From Candidatus Moraniibacteriota bacterium (GTDB lineage: Bacteria > Patescibacteriota > Minisyncoccia > Moranbacterales > UBA2206), in assembly GCA_026396175.1 (NCBI GenBank), contig JAPLXG010000002.1, positions 25,490 to 89,489 of the forward strand: 64,000 nucleotides of DNA, in the 5' to 3' direction. Below are positions 29,769-38,730 of the stretch, piece by piece (position 1 is the first letter of the stretch; each line of letters begins with the position of its first letter). The position numbers and the translations under genes are program-made. The notes beneath the pieces are model-generated. The model was not told the origin of the DNA, did not search any database, and worked only from the letters and a program-made list of their open reading frames with translations.

Positions 29769-29831
29769 TTATTTCACTATCCCCAAAAGCTCCTCAATTG
29801 GAACAATCTGGCTTTCTGTTTCATTTCGTTT
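29769..29831 (-). repeat. Displaced duplicate of the proS 3' end
   Basis: 55/63 nt identical to 31128-31190; encodes KRNETESQIVPIEELLGIVK*. Confidence 0.85.
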
Positions 29832-29839
29832 TCCAAAAA

Positions 29840-31009
29840 TCAATAAAAATTATCCGCCGTGATTATTCTGGTTTTTGCGTTCGGGTATCTATTTTTGAAA
29901 GCCTTGTTGGCACTTTTTCGTTTATATTTTATTTCTATACCGATAATACCATTTTTGTCTTCCAGGACCAAATCCATTTCCGATCCATTTCTTGTGCGCC
30001 AATAGTAGAATCGATAGTTCTTATCCAAGTAGCTATTTTGCTTTATAAATTCACTGATGATAAAATTTTCAAACAGCGCGCCTTTGTCGCTACGCAATTC
30101 CACATCGGAAAAATCTTCAGTCAACGCATTACGAATTCCTGTATCATAGAAATAAATCTTGGCCGCTTTAGTAATCTCCTCTCGCTTATTTTTTGAATAA
30201 GGATATAGGCGAAACAGAATAAAACTCTGCTCAAAAATTTCAATGTAGCGTTTGATTGTTCTTTGATCAGCTTTCAGACTAATCGCTAACTCGGAATAAC
30301 TGATGAGATTGCCGATCTGAAAAGCTAGAAGTCTGAGCAAATCTTTGGCCAGCTTTTTATCCTCAATTAAGTTTAACTCTAAGATATCCTTAAAAATCAA
30401 GCTGTCAACAAAATTGAACAGGTATTTTTCATCATTGGGATTTTTGATTAGATGCGGATATTGCCCAAAAACCAACACATTATTTACGATACTTTTTATA
30501 TCGAATTTATACAGTTGATCATTGGAACCATCCTGATTGCCATCAATTACTTTTTTAAAAATATTAAAATTCAAATCCAACTCAATACCTTTCTGATTCA
30601 AATATTCTGAAAAAGTCAACGGGTAAATATTATAGTCAATTTTTCTTCCCGCCAAACTTTCCCCTGTTTTATTTTTTATATGGAATGATGATGAACCAGT
30701 TATAATCAATTTTACGTCCTCCATCTGATCATAAATTATCTTAACCGCTCGCCCCGGATCGGATAATAGATGAATCTCGTCAATGATGATTTCTTTCGCC
30801 TGATTGCTGATCAAAGTTTTGTAAGTTTCAATATCATATGTCTCCAGAATTTTTTTGATCGGCTCATTGTCCACTAAGAAATAGTCGCTGTCCGGAAAAA
30901 GTTTTTTGACCAACGTTGTCTTCCCCACCTGTCTTGAGCCAAGCAAAATAAGCACCTGTTTGTATTTTTCAAAGTGCCGGCTAATTTTTGAATCAAGATG
31001 TCTTTGCAT
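29840..31009 (-). CDS. AAA_14 / DUF4143 ATP-binding protein
   Basis: GSRQVGKTT, IIIDEIH, TGSS, ESLAGR, KIYFYDTG, GALFEN, YYWRT..EMD..EIK. Confidence 0.9.
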   Translation of the reverse strand: MQRHLDSKISRHFEKYKQVLILLGSRQVGKTTLVKKLFPDSDYFLVDNEPIKKILETYDIETYKTLISNQAKEIIIDEIHLLSDPGRAVKIIYDQMEDVKLIITGSSSFHIKNKTGESLAGRKIDYNIYPLTFSEYLNQKGIELDLNFNIFKKVIDGNQDGSNDQLYKFDIKSIVNNVLVFGQYPHLIKNPNDEKYLFNFVDSLIFKDILELNLIEDKKLAKDLLRLLAFQIGNLISYSELAISLKADQRTIKRYIEIFEQSFILFRLYPYSKNKREEITKAAKIYFYDTGIRNALTEDFSDVELRSDKGALFENFIISEFIKQNSYLDKNYRFYYWRTRNGSEMDLVLEDKNGIIGIEIKYKRKSANKAFKNRYPNAKTRIITADNFY

Positions 31010-31127
31010 AGATTTGATTAACCATTAACACTCTATAAGATAATATAGTGTACACTAATCATACACCCGATGCTAATTTTGTCAAGTATTTACTAGCATT
31101 CAAAAACTCCAGCCCCTATTTTAAGCC

Positions 31128-32360
31128 CTATTTCACCATCCCCAAAAGCTCCTCGATTGGAACAATCTGACTGTCTTTTTCATTACGCTTTTTCAGTTCC
31201 ACTCCGCCGGCGGCGAGGGATTTTTCGCTGATGATGACACGGTGTGGAAGTCCCAGAAGATCTGCGTCGGCGAATTTTTCTCCGGCAGAAACTTCCCGAT
31301 CATCAAAAAGCACTTCAATGTTTTTGGCGACCAGTTTTTGATATAGCTCTTCGGCGGCTGACAGATCTTTGCCCAAGCCAATCAGATGCACCTTGAAAGG
31401 CGCCACTGCTTCGGGCCAAATAATCCCTTTGTCGTCGTGGAAAATCTCCACGATTGTGCCCATCAGGCGCGCGAGGCCGATTCCATAGCATCCCATAATA
31501 ATCGGCTTTTCCTCTCCGCTTTGGTCTTTGTAGGTCAAATTAAAGGGCGTAGAGTACTTTGTGCCCAGCTTGAAGATATTGCCCACTTCCACCGCCTTAG
31601 TTTCCCGCAAAGTATTGTTGCCACAAAGCGGACATTTATGCTCCAAGTCCTCAATGATTTCTTTGTTAATCGCAATGTGGCATTCATCGCAAATATATAT
31701 TGTGTCCTCGCCCGCTTCTGTTTCCGCTTGGAACTCGTGAGAATATTTGGCAAATGTTCCACCGGAGGCATAGGTGAAATAGGTCTGCATACCAATGCCT
31801 GCACGCTTGAAAATATTTTTGTAGGCCTGCGCTACTCGGTCGTAATATGCATCCAGATCAGCTTGATCGGTATGGAAAGAATAAAGGTCTTTCATAATAA
31901 ATTCGCGCAAACGGAGGATTCCGGATTTGGCTCTTTTTTCTCCGCGGAATTTATTTTGGAAATGATAGACGGCTTTGGGCAAATCTTTGTAGGATTCGAT
32001 GATTTTTTTCGCCAGTGGTGCCACTACTTCTTCGTGCGTCGGCGCGAGCGCCATATTTTTTTCTTCACCCAATCCCACTTTCACCAAAACATCGAGATTT
32101 TCCCAGCGCCCGGTCTTTTCCCAATTTTCTTTCGGATGCATCGAAGGCATAAAAAGCTCTTGCCCGGAGACGGCATTCATTTCTTCACGGATAATCTCTT
32201 CGATTTTTTTGCAAGTACGCCAACCGAGTGGCAGATAAGTATAGGTTCCCGCCATCAGCTTGTCGACATAACCGCCGCGGATAAGCAGTTGCGCATTAAT
32301 GCTTTCCTCATCCTTGGGAGCGACCTTGTTAGTTTTGGAAAAAAGTTGTGATTGTTTCAT
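31128..32360 (-). CDS. proS: Proline--tRNA ligase (short form without editing insertion)
   Basis: LAPTHEE, FRGEKRAKSGILRLREFIMKDLYSF, EVGNIFKLGTKYS, MGCYGIG. Confidence 0.96.
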   Translation of the reverse strand: MKQSQLFSKTNKVAPKDEESINAQLLIRGGYVDKLMAGTYTYLPLGWRTCKKIEEIIREEMNAVSGQELFMPSMHPKENWEKTGRWENLDVLVKVGLGEEKNMALAPTHEEVVAPLAKKIIESYKDLPKAVYHFQNKFRGEKRAKSGILRLREFIMKDLYSFHTDQADLDAYYDRVAQAYKNIFKRAGIGMQTYFTYASGGTFAKYSHEFQAETEAGEDTIYICDECHIAINKEIIEDLEHKCPLCGNNTLRETKAVEVGNIFKLGTKYSTPFNLTYKDQSGEEKPIIMGCYGIGLARLMGTIVEIFHDDKGIIWPEAVAPFKVHLIGLGKDLSAAEELYQKLVAKNIEVLFDDREVSAGEKFADADLLGLPHRVIISEKSLAAGGVELKKRNEKDSQIVPIEELLGMVK

Positions 32361-32399
32361 TGTGGTTTTTTAATAATTATTATTCTCATCCTAGAACTT

Positions 32400-32670
32400 T
32401 TTTTATATCCCCTTCTCCCTCCGGGAGAAGCCTGCCTGCCGCCTGCCTGCCGGTAGGCAGGGTAGGCAGGGTGGCCGAAGGCCGGATTAGGGAGGAGCCT
32501 TTCGATAACCAGCAATATCTATTTAAATATCGTTTTATTTTTTATCAACGCCCTCATCCCTCACCTGTCACGAGTACGTGACATCCTCTCCCTAAGGGAG
32601 AAGAGCTATTGAAAGGACTGTTCCGTAGCCTCACCTGTCCTTCGGACATCCTCTCCCGGAGGGAGAGGAG
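32400..32670 (+). repeat. Family B composite, copy 3, with self-nested 20-bp element
   Basis: GGGAGAAG cctgcctgccg[cctgcctgccggtaggcagg]gtaggcagg GTGGCC. Confidence 0.87.
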
Positions 32671-32728
32671 GCTATTTTAAATATCTATCTTCAGTATATT
32701 ATAGACAGCCCCACGGGTCAATTTAATG

Positions 32729-33478
32729 CTAAGCCAAGAATTTAGTCCCAAAATTCTCTTCGCCAGCGACTGAACGCAAGATAAAATCCTTTTCTTTGGC
32801 TGGTGCCAGATGCACTTGCATTCCCGCTTTGGCCAACTCAGCTAGCGCTAGTATTTTCGTCCGCATTCCATTTTGCCCATGACCAAGTCGGCTTCCGCCC
32901 TTGGCAAATTTCAAAACTGAATTAAGTTCAGAAATTTTGATTTCATGTAATACTTTTTTCTTAGTGTCTAGAAATCCCGCCTGATCAAAGCCGATAATAG
33001 CAATTTTCGCATCGATAAGTTTGCACATCAATTTGAACAGTTTATCATTATCCGCGCAATAGCATAGTGCTTCGACTTCTTCACTGTCAATCACATCATT
33101 GGCATTGATAATTGGCACGACGCCTTGCGAAAGCGCTTCGCGCATAATTTTCTTGGTCAGTTTTGTTTTTGCGCTTTTTGCATTAATCAACTGTTCATCA
33201 GTAAGAAGTAATTGCGCGCTGTCCAACCCAAGTTGTCCGAGATATTTTGCATAGGCCTGCATAATCCTCGGCTGACCGACCGCTGAGCGCAAATTTTTTG
33301 AACGCTCACTCTGCGCATCGCTGGCCACTGCGCCCGAAGTCACCACAAAAATTCCATGACCAGTTTTGATTAGTTTTGCAATTTGCGTGCAAACACTTTT
33401 GATAAATTTTTCTTGAATTATGCCCGCCTCCACTAAAGTCGCCGAGCCAAGCTTAATGCCGATAATTTTTTTCTTCAT
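32729..33478 (-). CDS. proB: Glutamate 5-kinase (no PUA domain)
   Basis: IKLGSA, VTSGAVA, AVGQ, VPIINAND, DNDKL, GM-TK. Confidence 0.8.
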   Translation of the reverse strand: MKKKIIGIKLGSATLVEAGIIQEKFIKSVCTQIAKLIKTGHGIFVVTSGAVASDAQSERSKNLRSAVGQPRIMQAYAKYLGQLGLDSAQLLLTDEQLINAKSAKTKLTKKIMREALSQGVVPIINANDVIDSEEVEALCYCADNDKLFKLMCKLIDAKIAIIGFDQAGFLDTKKKVLHEIKISELNSVLKFAKGGSRLGHGQNGMRTKILALAELAKAGMQVHLAPAKEKDFILRSVAGEENFGTKFLA

Positions 33479-33535
33479 AATGTTAAATTAAAAAATTAAA
33501 AAACAGCTCGCGGAAGGCAAGCTGTTTCGTAAAAT

Positions 33536-33910
33536 CTATTTCTTAAACCTCGCGTCCCCATCAATCACAATTTTTTTCTTCAAAGATCTCGCTCCGCGTC
33601 TTTTGAGGTCAACCATTTTGTTTTTGTCTTTGACAATTTGCATCGTCAACTCTTCGCAGGCAGTGTCCGCCGAGCACTCGATACTCTCGGAAATTTCTTC
33701 CGCGCGATAAAGCGCGTAGGGTGTTTTTACCATCAACTCCACGCGGTATTGACCTTTTTTATTCAAATCAACTTCCACTTCAAATTCTAACACATTCTTG
33801 ATGATTCTGTTCACTTTTTGCAATCTTTTTTCGATATACTCTTGGGCTTTTTTATTGGGATTCATTCCCTTAAACATCATTCTCATACTTTGCGCTTTTT
33901 TGACTACCAT
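33536..33910 (-). CDS. hpf: Ribosome hibernation factor (HPF/RaiA-like)
   Basis: QEYIEKRLQK, YRVELMV, YRAEE..SIE.S.D pattern; start may be 33886. Confidence 0.75.
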   Translation of the reverse strand: MVVKKAQSMRMMFKGMNPNKKAQEYIEKRLQKVNRIIKNVLEFEVEVDLNKKGQYRVELMVKTPYALYRAEEISESIECSADTACEELTMQIVKDKNKMVDLKRRGARSLKKKIVIDGDARFKK

Positions 33911-34014
33911 ATGTTTTTGATCAAGATTATGAGGAAATTGGCATTTTCCCTAGAATCCCGATATTTTATTTACTACAAAATTACCCATTACTACGAAAAT
34001 GCGAATTATTACCT

Positions 34015-34128
34015 CACTACAAAATTACAAATAGTTACAAAAATACAAAACGATAAAAAGATTGCCCCTTACTAATTTAAAATTTATCTTTTTTTCGTAC
34101 TTTCGTACTAATTTGTATTTTCGTAGTG
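34015..34128. repeat. Gene-less inverted TACRAA-type array pair in the murB-hpf spacer
   Basis: CACTACAAAATTACAAAT..TACAAAAATACAAAA faces TTTTCGTACTTTCGTAC..ATTTGTATTTTCGTAGTG. Confidence 0.7.
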
Positions 34129-34131
34129 AAC

Positions 34132-35064
34132 TCAGAAGCCGACATACATAATTTCTTCCTTAATCGGAACATCGTAGTGTTCCCGCAATTTTTGCTTGAT
34201 AATGCCGGCAAGAATGATCACGTCCTCGGCTGTAGCAGTCCCGTCATTGATGAAAAAATTGGCATGCTTTTCACTCACCATCACTCCACCAATTTTTTTT
34301 CCCTTAAACCCAGCTTCTTCAATCAGCCAGCCGGCGGGAATCACGTCATCCTTGGCTTTTGCTCCCGTATCCTTTGCGAATCTTTCTAATAGCTCCTGAT
34401 TTTCTACGATAGGATTTTTGAAAACACTTCCCGAACTGAAACCCTTCGGCTGATGTTCCGTGCGAATCTTAATAATTTCTTGCATCCTTTTTTCAATCGC
34501 TTCTTTGTCGCCTTTCGTAACTTTTAACTTAGCCGATAAAACAATCATCCCGGGAGTTTCTTTGAAAAAACTATTTCGATAGGAAAAATTGCAGTCCGCT
34601 TTTTTATACTCCACAATATTAGTACGATTGCCAGAAATTTCTAGCGCACGCACACTTTCAACATTATTCGCCATCTCTCCACCAAACGCCCCAGCATTGC
34701 CGCGCACTGCTCCACCGACCGTTCCGGGAATCCCTACCGCCCACTCCAAGCCCGTTAGTGAGTTTTCTTTGGCCAATTTAACCACTTCTGAAAGCTGAAG
34801 TCCGGCATCACATTCAATTTTGGTATTTAGTATTTGGTATTTGGTATTTAGTAACCGAATTACTAGGCCATCAAAACCTTTATCACTAAAAAGAATGTTG
34901 CTTCCGCCACCAAGCATAAAAATTTCTAATTTATTTTCTTTGGCAAAATCCAGCGCTTCCAAGAGTTCGGTTTCATTTTTCACTTCCGCGAAAAATTTGG
35001 CCGGTCCACCGATTTTGAAAGTGGTCAGAGGTGCTAGAGGAATGTTTTTTTGGATATCTATCAT
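34132..35064 (-). CDS. murB: UDP-N-acetylmuramate dehydrogenase
   Basis: TTFKIGGPA, LGGGSNIL, GIPGTVGGAVRGNAGA, GSVFKNP, KHANF. Confidence 0.96.
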   Translation of the reverse strand: MIDIQKNIPLAPLTTFKIGGPAKFFAEVKNETELLEALDFAKENKLEIFMLGGGSNILFSDKGFDGLVIRLLNTKYQILNTKIECDAGLQLSEVVKLAKENSLTGLEWAVGIPGTVGGAVRGNAGAFGGEMANNVESVRALEISGNRTNIVEYKKADCNFSYRNSFFKETPGMIVLSAKLKVTKGDKEAIEKRMQEIIKIRTEHQPKGFSSGSVFKNPIVENQELLERFAKDTGAKAKDDVIPAGWLIEEAGFKGKKIGGVMVSEKHANFFINDGTATAEDVIILAGIIKQKLREHYDVPIKEEIMYVGF

Positions 35065-35130
35065 CGTGGTTTTTCGAGAGCTATTTATACTTTTATTCTA
35101 GCACAAAAATCACTCTCATTCAAGCGAATT

Positions 35131-38001
35131 TTAGCTTTTTTGTAGCTCTTCTTTCCGCACTTCTTCCCACAAAAAGACGGCCAAAAATGATCCGGCAACA
35201 ACCAACCAATCCATCCAATCGATCGGTAGCATATGCAAGTACACCTGAAAAAATGGCACGTACATAAACATGCACAAAATTGCCATAGAAATTCCGATTG
35301 CACCGATTGCATACTTATTTTTGAAAAATCCCAATTGGAATGGCGAGAGTTTTTCACTACGCGCTTGCAAGAGATTAGCCATTTGAGTCATCGAGAGGAC
35401 GGCATAGGCGGCTGTGGTTGATTTAAGATAGAGTATGCCATCGGCGGAAAAGCTATGTCCGAAATGCCAACCGCCACGCAGCATCGACCAAAGAAAAGCG
35501 GCGACTGCGCCTGTCGCCATAATAATTCCAAGGTATATTATGCGCCGAAAACCGCCCAGACTCATTATGCTTCCTCGAGAATTCAAATCAAGCTTGCTCA
35601 CGCCTGGCTCTTCCGGTTCCAGCCCCAAGGCGAAAGACGGAAAAATGTCCGTGCCCAAATCAATCGCCAAAATCTGAATCGCCGAAATTGGAGAAGGAAT
35701 ATGCAAGAGCACTCCAAAAATTACCGTAAAAAGCTCGCCAGCATTGGCGGTAAAAACATAGTGCACAAATTTTTTGAGATTTTGAAAAATCGTGCGCCCT
35801 GTTCGCACGCCTTTCACAATCGAAGCAAAATTATCATCCATGAGAATCATACTCGCCGCCTCTTTGGAAACATCCGTGCCAATAATCCCCATCGCCACAC
35901 CAATATCCGCTTTTTTCAGTGCCGGCGCATCGTTCACGCCATCCCCGGTCATAGCAATCACTTCGCCATATTTTTTCAAAACTGTAGCGATGCGTAATTT
36001 TTGCTCCGGCGCGATCCGCGCAAAAACACAAGCGCCGTTTTTGATTTTTTGATATAGCTCTTTATCTTTTAATGTGTCTAGCGTTTTTCCATTTATCACC
36101 AAGCTGAGATCGGAGTCCGACTCCGGAGCTCCGGAGTCGGACTCCGATTTTAATTTCAAGTTATGTTTTATTAACCCCACATTCTCCGCAATCGCGCGCG
36201 CCGTTATCTCATAATCCCCCGTAATCATCACCACGCCAATTCCGAGATTACGGCACTCCGCAATAGCATTGCCAACATTGGCGCGCGGCGGATCAATCAT
36301 TGCCATCATTCCCACCCAGACCAAGCCTTTTTCCGCTTCGACGAGATATTTATTTTCCGCAAATCCGCCTAAGTCGCGATAAGCAAATGCCAAAACACGA
36401 AGAGCCTCTCCTGACATTTGATTATACATCGCCCTGGCTTTATTTTTTTCTTCTTCATTGAATGGCAAAATACTTTCACCGATTTTGATAAAGTTACAAA
36501 GATCAATCATCACATCCGGCGAACCCTTAACATAGGAAATTGTTTTTGAGTTTTTATCCCCCACCACTTTTTCGCTAGCCACACCACTACTAGACCAAGA
36601 ATTGCACAAAAAAGTGGTGGGGGATGAATATATCACACTCATGCGCATCCGCTCAGAAGAAAACGGATTTTCATTGATTTTTTTCTCGCCACGTTCATAG
36701 AATCTTTTGGTCTTATTATATTTCTGTCCCGCGACAATGATTGCGCCCTCTGTCGGATCGCCAATTATTTTGTATTTACTACCGTCTTTGGCGAGGCTAG
36801 CATCATTGCAAAGTGTCCCAACACGGAAAAGTAATTCCAGATTAGCAACGCCCTTTTGATCAATTTTTTCTTTTTCACGATAAAAATTTCCTATCGGCTC
36901 ATATCCGGCGCCATCTATCTCTAAAATTTCGCCATTGATCACAATCTTTGTCACCGCCAATTCATTGCGCGTGATTGTGCCGGTTTTGTCCGTGCAAATC
37001 ATTGAAACCGAACCGAGCGTTTCCACGGCATTTAGTTTTTTCGCTAAAACATTTTCTTTGATCAGTCGCTTCATCCCGAAAGACAGGGCCACGGAAATCG
37101 CTGCCGGCAAACCTTCCGGCACAACCGAAACTCCCAAGGCTAAGGCAAAAAGAAAATTTTGATAGAGCGACATCTTGAAATATTGTCCCGCGATCAGCAC
37201 CACGATGCCGATAAAAACCGAGATGATTGTCACGTCGCGCCCGAGCGTGCGCATCTGTTTTTGTAGCGGCGTCAGATCAGTTTCCACTTCTTGGGTCAAA
37301 TGCGCAATGCGTCCCAGCTCTGTATTCATTCCTGTTCCTGTCACCAAAAATCTCGCCTCCCCCGTCGCCACCGTTTCTCCCATAAAAACCATATTATCTA
37401 TATCCGTAAAAGCGACATTATTTTCCTCCAGCACTTTTGCCTCTTTTCTTTTTGGCTTTGATTCTCCGGTAAAGATAAAACTGTTCACTTTGAGATCGTA
37501 ACTTTCCAAGAGATACCCATCTGCCGCAATGCTATCCCCAGCGGCGATAAAAATCACGTCCCCTGGCACAATTAGTTTCGTGTCGAGTTGCTTTTTTTCG
37601 CCCGAGCGAAAAACCAGTGCGAAACTAGCAGTCAGTTTTTTGATGCTCTCAAGAACACGATCAGCTTTGAATTCCTGAAAAAAACCAACCGTCGCATTGA
37701 GCATGATAATAATGCCAATGATTGTCGCGTCGCGATATTCCGCAAAAACTAAAGCCAACCCCGCCGCAACTAAAAGAATCCATACCAGCGCATCATTGAA
37801 CTGGGCCAAAATCAATCTCAACCACTTCCAGTTCTGTTTCTTGGCAATCTTATTCTCCCCAAACTCCTGAAGCTTTTTTTTCGCCTCGTCCTCGTTCAAA
37901 CCATCCTGGTTTGAGCCAAATTTTTTCAGAACTTCCTCGGGCGAAAGATTATATATTTGTTTTTTGTTTTTTCCGCCCAAGGCGGACGTGTGTTTTTGCA
38001 T
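35131..38001 (-). CDS. Cation-transporting P-type ATPase (type IIA-like)
   Basis: TGES, PEGL, DKTGT, GDPTE, KGSPD, TGDGVND; two palindromic in-frame inserts. Confidence 0.95.
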   Translation of the reverse strand: MQKHTSALGGKNKKQIYNLSPEEVLKKFGSNQDGLNEDEAKKKLQEFGENKIAKKQNWKWLRLILAQFNDALVWILLVAAGLALVFAEYRDATIIGIIIMLNATVGFFQEFKADRVLESIKKLTASFALVFRSGEKKQLDTKLIVPGDVIFIAAGDSIAADGYLLESYDLKVNSFIFTGESKPKRKEAKVLEENNVAFTDIDNMVFMGETVATGEARFLVTGTGMNTELGRIAHLTQEVETDLTPLQKQMRTLGRDVTIISVFIGIVVLIAGQYFKMSLYQNFLFALALGVSVVPEGLPAAISVALSFGMKRLIKENVLAKKLNAVETLGSVSMICTDKTGTITRNELAVTKIVINGEILEIDGAGYEPIGNFYREKEKIDQKGVANLELLFRVGTLCNDASLAKDGSKYKIIGDPTEGAIIVAGQKYNKTKRFYERGEKKINENPFSSERMRMSVIYSSPTTFLCNSWSSSGVASEKVVGDKNSKTISYVKGSPDVMIDLCNFIKIGESILPFNEEEKNKARAMYNQMSGEALRVLAFAYRDLGGFAENKYLVEAEKGLVWVGMMAMIDPPRANVGNAIAECRNLGIGVVMITGDYEITARAIAENVGLIKHNLKLKSESDSGAPESDSDLSLVINGKTLDTLKDKELYQKIKNGACVFARIAPEQKLRIATVLKKYGEVIAMTGDGVNDAPALKKADIGVAMGIIGTDVSKEAASMILMDDNFASIVKGVRTGRTIFQNLKKFVHYVFTANAGELFTVIFGVLLHIPSPISAIQILAIDLGTDIFPSFALGLEPEEPGVSKLDLNSRGSIMSLGGFRRIIYLGIIMATGAVAAFLWSMLRGGWHFGHSFSADGILYLKSTTAAYAVLSMTQMANLLQARSEKLSPFQLGFFKNKYAIGAIGISMAILCMFMYVPFFQVYLHMLPIDWMDWLVVAGSFLAVFLWEEVRKEELQKS

Positions 38002-38013
38002 TTTATTTTAAAA

Positions 38014-38665
38014 CTATTCTAAAACATATTTCTCCAGCTCTTTCTTTTCTTTGAAATAGTTTATATTATCTTGCATAAATTTTTCATATTCTTTGGGATT
38101 ATTATCAAACTGCCCCAAGATTGCTTCTTTTGATGAGAGTTTTCCCACTCTCTTTCCAGTATAATCCAAATAGCTCGAATATGGCCAGTCTTTTTCAAGG
38201 TAATTATGAATTGCGTGATTGGCGTTGACGTAAACCGAGAGATGCAGAAGATATTCGTTGGAATCGATGTAGATGGATTTAAATGGTCCTTGGAAAAGAG
38301 AACCGGAGCGGGAATGTTTTTTGTTGAAATAATTAGTGTAACCCATCCCCAGTTTATGCATAAATTTCTCTATTCCCCTGTCTTTAAGTTGTCTGAGAAT
38401 AAAATGATAGTGATTAGGGTTTAGGGTTTAGGCAATAACAAACAATATCGACCACCCGATTTACAGGCTCTAAGAGCCCGTCAGCAGAACGGGCTCTTAG
38501 AGCCTGTAAATCTTTCAAGCTTCCAATTGCCCTATCCACGTTAAATTCTTTGATTGATTTTAGAAATCTTATATAATCCGTGTCACAAGAAAAAACCTCC
38601 CGCTTATCCACTCCGCGGTTGTAGATGTGGTAGTATTCTCCATTGGCGAATTCTGTTTTGCGCAT
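38014..38665 (-). pseudogene. Frameshifted REP-associated tyrosine transposase (Y1 HUH)
   Basis: YYHIYNRG, YCLNP|NHYH split by an extra 7-nt unit (TTAGGGT at 38414-38427), GSLFQGPFK, YVNAN, WPYSSY; removing 7 nt gives 645 nt in frame. Confidence 0.85.
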
Positions 38666-38730
38666 ATAATCTCCTAATATCATGGTTATCGAAGCATAGC
38701 GAAGCTTGAGTTTGAATCGGACAAAAATAT

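Noticed and set aside
31386-32351. 321-aa plus-strand ORF and similar long antisense ORFs (e.g. 18942-19574, 9986-10489)
   Set aside because: Antisense shadows of well-supported genes (proS, DUF4012, rmuC) with no recognisable motifs.
38414-38432. Telomere-like TTAGGG(T) repeat
   Set aside because: Fewer than 3 units; explained as a 7-nt duplication within RAYT codons.
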